From: Paraphysomonas bandaiensis
Lineage: Eukaryota > Protista > Chrysophyceae
NCBI GenBank assembly: GCA_965644295.1
Contig: CBFFRP010000594.1
Coordinates: 1 to 29,821 of the forward strand
Direction: 5' to 3'
DNA: 29,821 bases
A model generated the notes under the pieces. That model was not told the DNA's origin. It did not search any database and saw only the letters and a program-made list of their open reading frames with translations. Each line of letters begins with the position of its first letter. Positions within the stretch are counted from its first letter, which is position 1. Made by a program: the position numbers and the translations under genes. Below, piece by piece: positions 10,783-22,986 of the stretch.

Positions 10783-11357
10783 CAGGGCCTGGTAACCGTT
10801 AATGGCCCATTAATGGGTGCCCAGTCCCTCGCAAATAAAATGACCATTAATAAATACGTCCCGACAATTATAATGGTCATTAATTACCATTAATGGCAGT
10901 AGCGTCAGTGATTAACTAAATACTATCGCTCATAATCTCATAATAGATAGTATAGTGTCACTTTTGTCGTCATGATTGCTGTCGGATGCATTAACATCTA
11001 TTGAGGAATCCAGTTGCAGATGTCTAACCGCTCTTACTCATTGCCTGTTAGTTCTTTTTCTTCATCTTTCCTCTTCATTTTAGCCACTTCCTCGTCTCGA
11101 AATTTGCACCTGGCAACAATGCATGCATTAGGAGAAAGGAAATGATGCAGCTCAGAAAAATAAATGTCATATTATTAGTAGATGCCTACATATTCCCCGC
11201 AATTGTGATAGTGGTCATTAATAAAATTATGCTCCCGCAATTATAATGGCATATTATAATTAATGGCCAAATATTGATTTTTTCTATCTTTATTGCCATT
11301 TAGTTGATTCATTGTGAACAATAATATATATATTGCTGCACACCCGGTAAATACCCT
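10783..11357 (-). mobile_element. Degenerate hAT-like DNA transposon remnant
   Basis: Begins CAGGGCCTGGTAAC, similar to the inverted terminus at 16246-16258. Subterminal CCATTAAT/ATTAATGG repeats near both ends. Minus-strand fragment HFLSPNACIVA...EVAKMKRKDEEKELTGNE resembles oomycete-type hAT transposases. Right boundary is approximate. Confidence 0.55.
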
Positions 11358-12068
11358 AAACACTGTCATATATATTATGAATAGTTTGTAATTAAAAATT
11401 ATTGAATAAAACGAAATTCAGGTCAGCATTGTTATTGTATTAAACATAAATAATTAAATTCGGTGTAAATCAACTTTATATTTTGATCGTAGCGTCGCTT
11501 TAATTTGCAACGTTGCAATTTTGAAAGTCATCCCAATAAGGAGAGGAAGGAAAAGAGAAGACCAGATCGTCAGCTAATGTTCACGTCCTTACAAACTGGT
11601 CGTTGAATAGTTGATAAATCTAACGGAGTTCTAGTGTAGGACTGTTAAGATGCGCAAAGTTCTAGGTGACAGAAAGTGCACAGGAGCCTAAAACTTAGAA
11701 TATCTTGAAATACGATTATCATAGCATATTTGTTGAAGGGCCGGAGAAACATAATCCAGTCCCCGGTGCTTTTACTCGAAAAATGTGTATAGTATGGGTG
11801 TATATTGTATATTGTATATATTGCAACCGTAGAGTTACAGGATGTATAATTTACACAAGTTTCATAAGTAAAGAAGCGTAGTTTACTTTCCTTGAAATGA
11901 ACCTCATACAAGAGAGATTCAAATAAGGCATACCAGTGCAAAATTAAAGATAGAAGTGTCTACTAGACTCGTATTCCTAAATTATCTACTTCATGTTCTA
12001 ACACATAACAAAACCTATCCATAAGTAAGGATGAAAAGCGTAGCACCAAAATCCACGTTTACACGTCC

Positions 12069-13084
<1,016 letters not shown>

Positions 13085-14412
13085 CTACTGGAGAACTACA
13101 GCTGTACTTTGCTGTACTACACTTTCTTTATTTCATGTACTGTATGATAATACACCGCCGTATTACACTCTGTACAATATTCCGCCTGATATGCTGCTGC
13201 TGCTGTACGTGAATCAGGCATATCATATCCATGCATGCATGTCTAGATGTTGATGGCTGACTGAGGCACCTCACTCATCAGTGGAACATTTCACTTGTTT
13301 CAGCACCTTCTCATGAATCGCCCACAGCAGCAGCCCTCCACAGCAGGTCCCCCTGGTCCATACTCTGTAAGGCCCAGTGTCGGGTTCTTCACAGCTGTAT
13401 GTGAATAGTTTGGGCCACATGCGTGTGGAGAAGACAGCAGCAGCATAAATGTGGGCATATTTCATCCCTTTGATGCTACTCGTATCACTATTCTCTATAG
13501 TCGAGTGAGCGGGGGACTCATGCACATCTTCTCAGTGCAGATCCTTCATGCGCATGACAGTCTATTTACACATCTGTTCAACCGGAATAAGAACGATTCG
13601 ACTAATAGTGTGATAAAGACGCTGCAGACAGACGTTCTCTTCCGTTTACTTGAGTCTGATAATCTGTAGGGGTATAAATACACTGTATACTGACAATGTA
13701 TTGATATTGTATTGCATTGTGGGAGCTAAATAGCATGTTACAATGTAACTATTGTATATATCTATTGAATTATATTGTAAAAATGCCGTGTAGATGACTA
13801 AATGATATCATCATGAGCATTACTGAAGCAAAAAACACCTAGAACTCATGGATATATGTACGCATATGCTTGAAATTTGAGCGATATATGACTACTTCGA
13901 TAGCCATATAAATAATTTAATGTACTGTTTATCATCTCGGCATATCACTGAGCAGTATAGTAATTAATTTTAACTTATTGGTATGGAGCTGGTTTGGTAA
14001 TTCCACATCAATATTTGAGAGTTTCTAAGTACGAAATTGGCTGTGCCACTTTGAATAACTGTTTATTATGATGTATGATGGCTTAGTGACGTCCCCAGTG
14101 TATTTATAGGTACAATCAGAAGCGGGGAGAAGCAGTATATTGCGAATAAATTGTGGTAGATGGCAAAACATTGAAATTTTAAGTGTACTGTTTATGAACG
14201 CTAGCTGTGGGAATAGATAACGTAGGCAAAAGAATTTGAAGTATAATTGGAATTCAGTACTGATAATATGATATTAACATTAAACCTTTAGAAGGAAATA
14301 ACTGTACTCTGAAATAACGCAACACTCAATCATTGATTCCAACCTGCTATTTTGATAGGCTTCACTATCACTAATCAATAATTTACAAAGCTACATAATA
14401 TAATATATATCT

Positions 14413-16258
14413 GAGGGATGCACAACTATTAATTGTCAAATAGTTGTCATTAATAGAAATATTTGTATCACCACCAGTTTGATACTGGTAAAGTATAATT
14501 GAAGTGCGCATAATCATAAGCGGTACAAACTACATGTCCTCAGTTAAACTTAGTTAAAGGTTCAAACTTACTCTATGGCCTTTAACATCAGTTCTAATGT
14601 GTTCATTCTGAAACTGAGAGACGTCAGTTATGAACTCTAACAAATACTAGTAACTTTCATATTAAAGATCTTTTATGCACAGTATTCAAACAAGGTACCA
14701 GGTGGGGTTCCACGTTTCTAATGATTTACCGCTATTGGCTTCAATATTAATTTACCACTTGCAATCACGCGAGTTGGTTCTGAGGTGTTAAGTCTAATTT
14801 CAAGTGAACTGTAGCATGCAATGCCGATGCAAGCACGGACGAATTGCAATTCTTTAAATGTGTCTCAATGAAATTTCAGAAAGTAGATAAATGAACACCA
14901 GTTCGATCTCCACGGCGTTCGTACATTGTTTGACAAAGTCGTCACATACATGATGGTACCCGATAGAAGAGCATCATATAGGCGGAAATATGCTGCTTTC
15001 GAAAAGCTAGATCGTGAAGATACAAGGTGGCAACGAAGCCTCACCTACCCGGACGGAAAGGAAATGAGGAAGAAGATGATGATGACAGTGAGGGTCTATA
15101 CACAGGCAGTGGAAGCAAGAAAATCGATACAGTAACATGAAGCAATAAGATTATTACGTAGATCTGAGGTTGTCATGATTGATTTGTATTGTAATTATAA
15201 TTGAATTGATGCGCGTTCTTTATTAAGAAATTCTCTAGTACTACCCACCACCTTGGTGCGGATGTGGACATAAATATGAATCAAACCTTCAACAATGCTG
15301 TTGAGAAAATCCAAAGCGGATTGGAGGACACTCAACCCCTTCAACAAAGTCGGACCCGCACCTTTTCGTGGTGTTCTGGGGGATAAGTACCGGAGAGATT
15401 CTCTCTGGAAAACTAACGTGAGCCGCAAACATAGTCAGCAGATATTCTTCTGCCCACTCATAGTCGAATGCTTGTGTGGTACAAGGGACACCAATAAGTG
15501 TCACTTGTGTAGACGTCTTTGGGCCCTGACGAATAAACAGGCATCCGGAAATGGGTCCACCTCAAGGGCATCCGGGACAGGGCCCACCTGAAGGGTAACC
15601 GGGTTATTGGGCTGCCTGCTGAAGTCAAGCATCCGGGATGTTCACCTTAAGAACTCAGAACGGAAGTGGTTGCACCTTGGTGCTTGCGGCGACGCACAAG
15701 CAGCTTTCGTAGCGTTAAATAGTAGGATAATAGAGTTTGTACTGATTAGTTACAGGTAGAGGTCTAACTAGTATGTCTAGCATTCATCTAGCTACTAAAT
15801 CGGTGCAGGTATTTAACGCCTATTGCCAAATAAAAGACTTTCAATATAATATGGACACTCAACCGACAAGAGAAGGCGCAACGCAAATATTTTCTGTTGG
15901 ACAGAACTGACGAAGAAGAGGAAAAAGAAGATGACGTCGCTGACGAGAAGCATCAAGCGCACCAAGAACAAAAGCGACAACGCACACCAAACCAACTAAG
16001 TACCGCTGCTTGTAGCGTAGAAAAGCTTTTCAGCGAGCAAAAATCAACATGAGTAATCTGCGTAAATCCATGGCACCTCCTCGATTGGAGGCCCTTATGT
16101 TCTTGCGCTTTAATACACTTCTGTGGAATGCAAGTACAGTTGAAGATGCTAATCGTGCTTGTACTGAGTAGCTAATTTAATTAGACAATAATTGGCAATT
16201 ACAAATTGCGCGAGCTATAACTAGTAATTTAATTGCAATTAATTGTTACTCAGCCCTG
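14413..16258 (+). mobile_element. Degenerate hAT transposon (transposase pseudogene) interrupted by a nested insertion
   Basis: Fragments ELQFFKCVSMKFQ..FDLHGVRTLFDKV (~14840-14945), RYLTPIAK (~15810) and dimerisation-domain-like SVE-KLFS-KINMSNLRKSMAPPRLEALMFLRFNTLLWNASTVEDA (~16010-16150). Imperfect TIRs GAGGGATGCACAACTATTAATTG / CAGGGCTGAGTAACAATTAATTG match at 17 of 23 positions. No TSD is recognisable. Confidence 0.72.
15330..15754 (+). mobile_element. Unclassified dispersed repeat, copy 2 (within a ~14950-15795 insertion in the hAT)
   Basis: Clear nucleotide similarity to 3721-4252, including an identical GTGCTTGCGGCGACGCACAAGCA hairpin and a GTAGGATAATAGAGTTTGTACT tail. Confidence 0.75.
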
Positions 16259-16726
16259 GTAATTACGTAGTTACCATGCTGTGAGGCTGACTGGTGAACT
16301 TATGATAAAAACAAGCACAAAGGGAAACAGATGTTAATAAGTTGCTGTATGAGGCAGTAACACGGCTTCATGATTATTATTCTTTCTTGAAAGTGAGTAT
16401 CTTAAAGTAATTGTGCCAAAAGGTAAGCATATAGCTTCCACAGAACGCCTTTAGCTTCAGTGAAAGGCCCAACTTCAATAATCGGTAAGTTCAACATCCC
16501 CAGAGCATTTTCTAATATGTTAATTCGAACAGTTTTATTACAAGATATTTTGTATAACGCTTGGTAGCTCTGTCACACACTGGCATCGAAGAGGCCCTCT
16601 GACACTAACTACATTTCACTAATGTTCCATTGCAGCGGAAGACACCGTTCTACATATGAATAAATATACGGTGAGAAACAAGATTTCGTGAGTCGTGTCT
16701 TATTTCTGTACATATATCCCAGTTCT

Positions 16727-19700
16727 TTACGCGTATCTCTTTTTCAAAAGAGGATCGTCTACACCTGAGCCAGCATCTCTATCGACGCTAGAGATGCTGC
16801 CCGTTAACAAGGATTTCAACCACTTGAAAGAGAGCGTGACCTACCAATATGATCATTATTCTCTTGCAGGAAATCACATACACACAAACACATGTAGGAA
16901 AGTATAGTGCAGGATCAATCTACCTTGTCTGTTGCAGAAGAGTCAGTCTTCACTGCAACACAAAATACAATTATATAAAGCGTAACCACTCCCACTAAAA
17001 TGCCGACCGCATTGTTATACACTTTATACCCTGCACATAACATATTAATACACACAATAGTTGCATCTCTATCCTGATCACCTGTTGGTAAGTCTCCTAG
17101 AAGAATGCTCATCGCACCACACAGTGCAGCATATGGGAGCTGAGTCTTGACGTGACTGCAGGCATATAAACACAGATACATAGATCACGCATAGATGCTT
17201 GCACATACCTCATCAAATCGCACCTGATGATAACACAAACAAAAAATAAGAAATTGTTACAACATACATGCTGATAACACTTACGCACGCAATGCATATC
17301 ATTACAGACAAAACATAATATTGTCTTGAGAAAATATACTGAATACTTCATTATATCACGGCACAACATGCAATGCAAGGGATTACTTGGTAGCCACGGA
17401 TGCAAGAACGGTTGTGTCGCTAATAGGCGAGCAATGGTCACCAAGTACAGCTCCAGCGAGAATACTGCTAATGGTGCCGTAAAACACGGCTTTGTTGCAG
17501 GGATCGGCATAGTGTGCAGCAGGAAGAATCAAAGGGAACCTAACACAGAAAGACAAAAGTTACGCACTACAATAACAAAATATCTTTACATCATATCTCC
17601 TTTATTTACTTACATGATGCTCATTGTACCCCATGATGAACCCGTAACCAAAGCTAGAACAGCTGATATCACAAATGTCAGTGCAGGATAGGCTCCCGCA
17701 TCAACACTGTCCTCCAGAGCTGATGATATGTAGACTCCAGTGCCACCTGGAGTATGAAATCAACTTAACATGTATATAGTACGAAACACAGGATAACGTT
17801 GTAACTACAACGGGTTTACAACTGCTTGGTACAACAACAAACACCTCAAAAATATAATAACTCACATTGTGTAAATGCATCTCCTACAGTCCACGCTAGT
17901 ATCAGTATGAGCAACGCGTTCACCAAGTTCTTAATTCCAAATATGAAAACTTCCAGACTCTCTTCTAGTGGTATAAGAGGCCTGCATCCCGGTGCACGAC
18001 CAGAAGTGTGAAAAATAGTTGTAAGAGTTCCCTCTGGGGTAATTCGCTCAACCCAACACATGAGCCAAATCGTTAGAGTGCCAGCAATGCTCCCATAAAG
18101 AAGAGACGTAAACGAATCACTGGAAGTAACACAGTCATATCACAACATTGAATACTGGGTGTACAGTAAGACATCCGGTTTACCTATTCGCAAAAATATT
18201 TTGTAAGTTGAAAGAGTCTTCACCTTTTCGGATACCCGTGACGCCAGTGCAAATCAGTGAAATAATTACTGTGAATTCGTATAAGTAGTGGTTAAACGAC
18301 GCAAAGGGGCACTTACCAACTGTAATTGTCACACCTATAGGGAAAACAGCATTATACCACCTCCTAGGGGTTCCGGGCTATATGAATGAACATGAGCCAA
18401 GAAACGGAGCTATAAAGATAATATATATATCGAACTATATATCACACAGCACTAGATAGGACAGTACATTAGGTTCAAGCTCTGCTGCTCCTGCAGTATC
18501 ACTGTTGGCTAGTATTCTCCTTTTAGCCGCATCTTCAACGCTTAACCTTCCCGCCCTACTGATAGTATACGACCAGCTATCCAAAGAATGTCTCTCCGGG
18601 CGCTCTCGGAGTGACGGAAGTAGGGATGCGTTAGGTGGGGCATCTCCGCTGGTGTGAAATGTATCAGTTGAGGCTTCAGCATCACGGTCACCATCTGCCT
18701 TAGCTGCTCTTGCCTACAGACAAATATTAATCAAACAAAAATATACATATGCTATACGATATATGCACCAAGCATAACACAGTTACTGTATTCGAATCAT
18801 TCATATCAACAGCTAAGAGTACGCAGTGGCAACCAACCTTCCGCTCACATGACAGCATTGGGCCATACTCCATACCAGTTACAATGAGAAAAAACTGCAG
18901 GGCCAGCACTAGAATGGGGTAAAATCTGGACGGAATGGTGTTGAGGAATATTATAAACGCTGACGAATCATAGCAACTTAAATCCTCTCCCGCATCCTCC
19001 AATTGTGCGAGGGCATCTTCAATTAAGGACAACTCAAATCCAATCCAGGAAGATATCGGCGATACAGAAGCCACTGGGGCAGCAGTTGAGTCAACAAGAA
19101 ACGCAAGTTTCTCACGTGATACCCCAAGAGAGTCAATAATGGGGCGAACAGTCTGCCCGACAATGAGAGTGTTGGCGTAATCATCAAAAAATATCATCAT
19201 GCCCAACGCAAACGCTACCAGCATTCCAGCTCGAGGAGATGTCGCATATTTGGCAAGTGAATTAACGAGGCCTTCGCCTCCTCCTGCTTTCATTACACAT
19301 GATATCATACCACTCAAAATCCATGTGAAGAGAACGATAAATATGTGATCCTTGTCGCTAAACGAGCTCACTATGAGCTGAGAGAATGAGTTGATGAACG
19401 CATAGAAAGGATTGTAATTCCAAATAAGTAAACCAGCAAAAAAGATGCCTAAGTACAAGCTGAGCAGCACATTCCTCGTCGACACTGCCACTATAACTGT
19501 AATTATTGGGGGAAGCAGCGTCACCGCCCCTGGAACCACGTGAACGAAGAACGCCGAGTGAGTGGAGTAGTCGCTATAGTCCCTATTTAACGACATCTCC
19601 ACGACATATCGGTTCTTTCCTAGTTTGTTATCACTTATATCTTCACTGATGGAGTTTACTAGTACGTCATCTTCAGTAGAATTGAACGACCCTTCCTTCA

Positions 19701-19914
19701 CTATGGAATCACACGCATTGCTTTCACACACCCTCCAATATACCAATCCATCATAATCGATAGGCATCCATGAAATATCGGCATAAAAAGTGAAGTCTTC
19801 ACCTTTAACGGCCACAGGAGCTGAAGTGTGGATATCTCCGAGCACAGGTTGAGGGGTCACTTGAGGGAAAAGAAGTGACAGGTGTATACCCACCAGTAGG
19901 ATGGTATGCAGCAT
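16727..19914 (-). CDS. NhaC-family Na+/H+ antiporter with N-terminal signal peptide and extra soluble domain (multi-exon)
   Basis: Motifs FFDDYANTLIVGQTVRP, VSREKLAFLVDSTAAPVASVSPISSW, GSSWGTMSIMFP and GAVLGDHCSPISDTTVLAS...HVKTQLPYA. Long first exon followed by about ten short GT-AG introns. ATG at 19914 (the track start is TTG); last exon VTLSFKWLK...KKRYA*. Confidence 0.9.
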
Positions 19915-20434
19915 ACTACAGTTCAATGGGGTCGAAGAGTCAACAGCGTACTGCTACTATGTATTTATGGCATAGATCTTATCCACTGCACTCCACTGGT
20001 TTAATCAAATCCACAAGAATAATCCAGTGGCTGCCTGGACTAACATACACACCACATAGCGATAGCTAGCCTATGGGATACACCACACCACCATACCATA
20101 CATACCACACAACAGCACCTACCATACACTGCTGTAGATAGCACCATTGAGTAGTATACCGGTATACATCAGTATACGGCGGTATACCGCAGGCGGGTTT
20201 GCACTCATAATCCATCTGGATCTTGAGATATCCATCCTGCCTCTAAGTGAGCCCCTTAAGAGGGTTTGGACCTCATTTCAGCTGTTTTTCAAATGGCCGA
20301 TATCCCCCCTCAGATGACTGCAAATCACAGCCACTGCTTCCATGTAACGGTGAAATTTAATCTACGGAGTTCTGGACGCAGTGGAAGGTGGAGGGATTCA
20401 GTTTGGCCCAGTCATCAGCGATCTTTAGCCGAAT

Positions 20435-20948
20435 TGCCCCATTCCGAGGGCATGGCCACAGTGTACGCTCGCTGGTGCACCATGTAGAACACCGAGATTT
20501 TGCGCAAATTCCCCCGCCCGTCTACCCGTGTACCAAGGTAGCTGACCGCATAAATCACGCGCGGATTCTGTTGCCGCCCCACCCGTGGACACCTTCGCTA
20601 AGATTACGCGGGATTTCTCATAGCTATGCATGACTTATATATGTAATTCGCACAGATTCTAGTAGGACCATGTTTACCTTCCCATCAACTAACAAAGATA
20701 ACGCAGAGCTTCTCGTGACCATGCATGACTCATTATAGGCCTAACCCGGCATTGGCCTCCCCCCCTCCCCTAGAATGCGCGAGGTTTCTCGTAATCCCAT
20801 ATAGGCTATGCAAGTATAGTGTAGATATAGCTAGAGCTTTCTTGGCGCCGTCACACAAAGAATACGCTGAGATTTTATTAACAATCAATACGTTACTCGG
20901 TTTAATCAACACTAGTAGTTTTCTAGCACACGCTCTCGGAATGGGGCA
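20435..20948. mobile_element. 514-bp non-autonomous element (MITE or solo LTR) with TG..CA ends, TIRs and 5-bp TSD
   Basis: Perfect 14-bp TIR TGCCCCATTCCGAG (18/20 when extended). Flanked by the direct repeat CGAAT at 20430-20434 and 20949-20953. Confidence 0.85.
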
Positions 20949-21769
20949 CGAATGATCTTGGAACTGTGGATATAATCAACAAGACTGGTGCTTCCGCCTT
21001 CATTACTGACTGCAACGTAAACATTTCAAGGGTTAAATGTCCAGACTCATAGGTTGTCTCTTGGTGCATGGGACATAGGGCACCCCTCTTGAGAAACAGC
21101 AGGGGTTCAACAACAACAATAACTGGATACGGGCGGGAGGGAACTGCCCACAGCCCACCTCAGTATTCATACACTAAAATCATGATTGTCAAACATACGT
21201 CATTGATGTCAAGTAGTTTGGGAGTACTACAAGTGATAGATTGACTAAAGTATTTTAAAATGTGTTTGCTCTGTTGAATGTTTACTTAAATTGTTACTAC
21301 TACCTAATCTAAATGTAACACCCATTGTTTAGAATCAAACATGGTGGATTATCTCACATAATCTGGCTGGATTAGTTTGACCAAGAAGTATTTAGTCATC
21401 AGTGTTGAAATCTAATACAGACTTTCCACTTTTAATTAAAATGACGTTACGTAGAAGTATACATACGACATAATTATAGTAGATACGATATGTATTGCTG
21501 GTATACAAGAAGGTAATAAAAATACAACTAAACTATGCCACAACTCCATCCAGTAGTATGACTCCCACGTTTTCCTATATCATCACAACACGATTTAAAT
21601 ATATAATTGTAATATTTTCAGTCTGTATGACAATCTAATGAATCATGTCTGTGTGTTGTTTGTGTGTCTTACGAGTATATATATACATTTTATATATATT
21701 CATATCATTTATATATATATATATTCGTTCAATACAATCATCACATGAATGTTGACAGTTGATAGCACT

Positions 21770-22590
21770 GTGGAGTGCCCCGTGATGGTGTTAGGCATGC
21801 CACCCCTCTCGTCCACTCCTCCCCCTCTGCTTCACTAGCCCTCACTACGTTCTCCAAAACATTTACCGCACCGCGGGGAATCGATACCTTATTGTACCTG
21901 GCCTCCACTGCCCTCGCCTGGGCCTGTTCACATTCCCGGGAAAACTAGACTCGAACAACTGTGCCGATACACGACTAATACGAAATTAATAGTTGGTCTA
22001 CCGGGGCTTGACCTCCTGGTAACGAATCGGCTTTATATCTCGGCCCTCCTCGCTGGGCTCCATGATAATGGCAGGTCTGGGTGCCGAAACCTTACGGCCC
22101 ATGTTCCACTCATCCACATCATACACTTTCACTTTCATTTTCATTCCCATATCCAGACGTATTATGGAGGTCCATCTTCATAGCCAAAATGTCGCGGTTC
22201 ACAAATGAGTGCAGCTAACCATTAGCGCATTCCTGCTGGATGTTCATGTCCCGCCCCTGGGTGCGGATAAAGACACCGCACTCCTTAAGAACATATTCCG
22301 CGCTCTTACTATCGATTACCCTGGCGATGAGTCCGGCCCTACGGTCCTGCATGGTGTAAATTCTGTAGCCTCGTTTCACATCTACCTCACGGATGTGGCC
22401 ATAACGCAAGAATCGCCCTTTCAGTCGACATACTGGGAAAGTTTCTCTCTATGGGTAAGTCCGGCAACCCCAAATTGACCTCGCGCTTGTGAGGTAAATT
22501 CCCTGGAAGCACACCATGCTGCCTGACACGCTTCCAATCAAGCACAGTCTGTGTGCCTGTGAGTGATTCGGACTCGCCGTGAATCATACT
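21770..22590 (-). pseudogene. Possible decayed coding fragment of unknown family
   Basis: GC-rich island in AT-rich surroundings. Overlapping protein-like minus-strand pieces (22387-22587, 22215-22409) are broken by frameshifts and stops. No family recognised. Confidence 0.3.
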
Positions 22591-22986
22591 CGGTCAATTC
22601 TATAAGAAAATCAGATCAACAGCGTCATCCTTGCCAGATATTTCTGTTTACTGTACTGACTCTGATGCAGGTCATGCACACACACGTAGCTATGTATGAG
22701 CAGGGCAGATACAGATAGTGTATGTAGATGACGGTATTCCTCTTGTAGTGCTGTACTGTATACCACATATAACGTACTCCCTGCAGGGTGTGTATATATA
22801 TACACACGTCTGCCTCACCGGCACATCTCAGTGTTGTTCTACGCCCATTTGCTCCATTCTCCCTTTACATTCTCATCCTCACCCGCTCTGTCCTCCCCCT
22901 CTCCTCTGCCTGTATTTCACCAGTGATAGATCTATTTGGGTGTAGCTCAGTATCGTTATTTGACAGTGACTCTTCAGCGTGGCGAT

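Noticed and set aside
13250-13670. Moderately GC-rich stretch with short ORFs upstream of ARL1
   Set aside because: No consistent exon model or recognisable domain could be built.
15525-15558. Hammerhead-like CTGACGA...GAAA in the repeated element
   Set aside because: No credible stem II between the motifs, and copy 1 has TTGACGA and GGAA, so the core is not conserved.
15539-15600. CRISPR-like direct repeats
   Set aside because: The units are adjacent with no spacers, there are no cas genes, and the context is eukaryotic.
20379-20420. Minus-strand CTGATGA motif suggesting a retroelement hammerhead
   Set aside because: No downstream GAAA at a suitable distance and no supporting stems.
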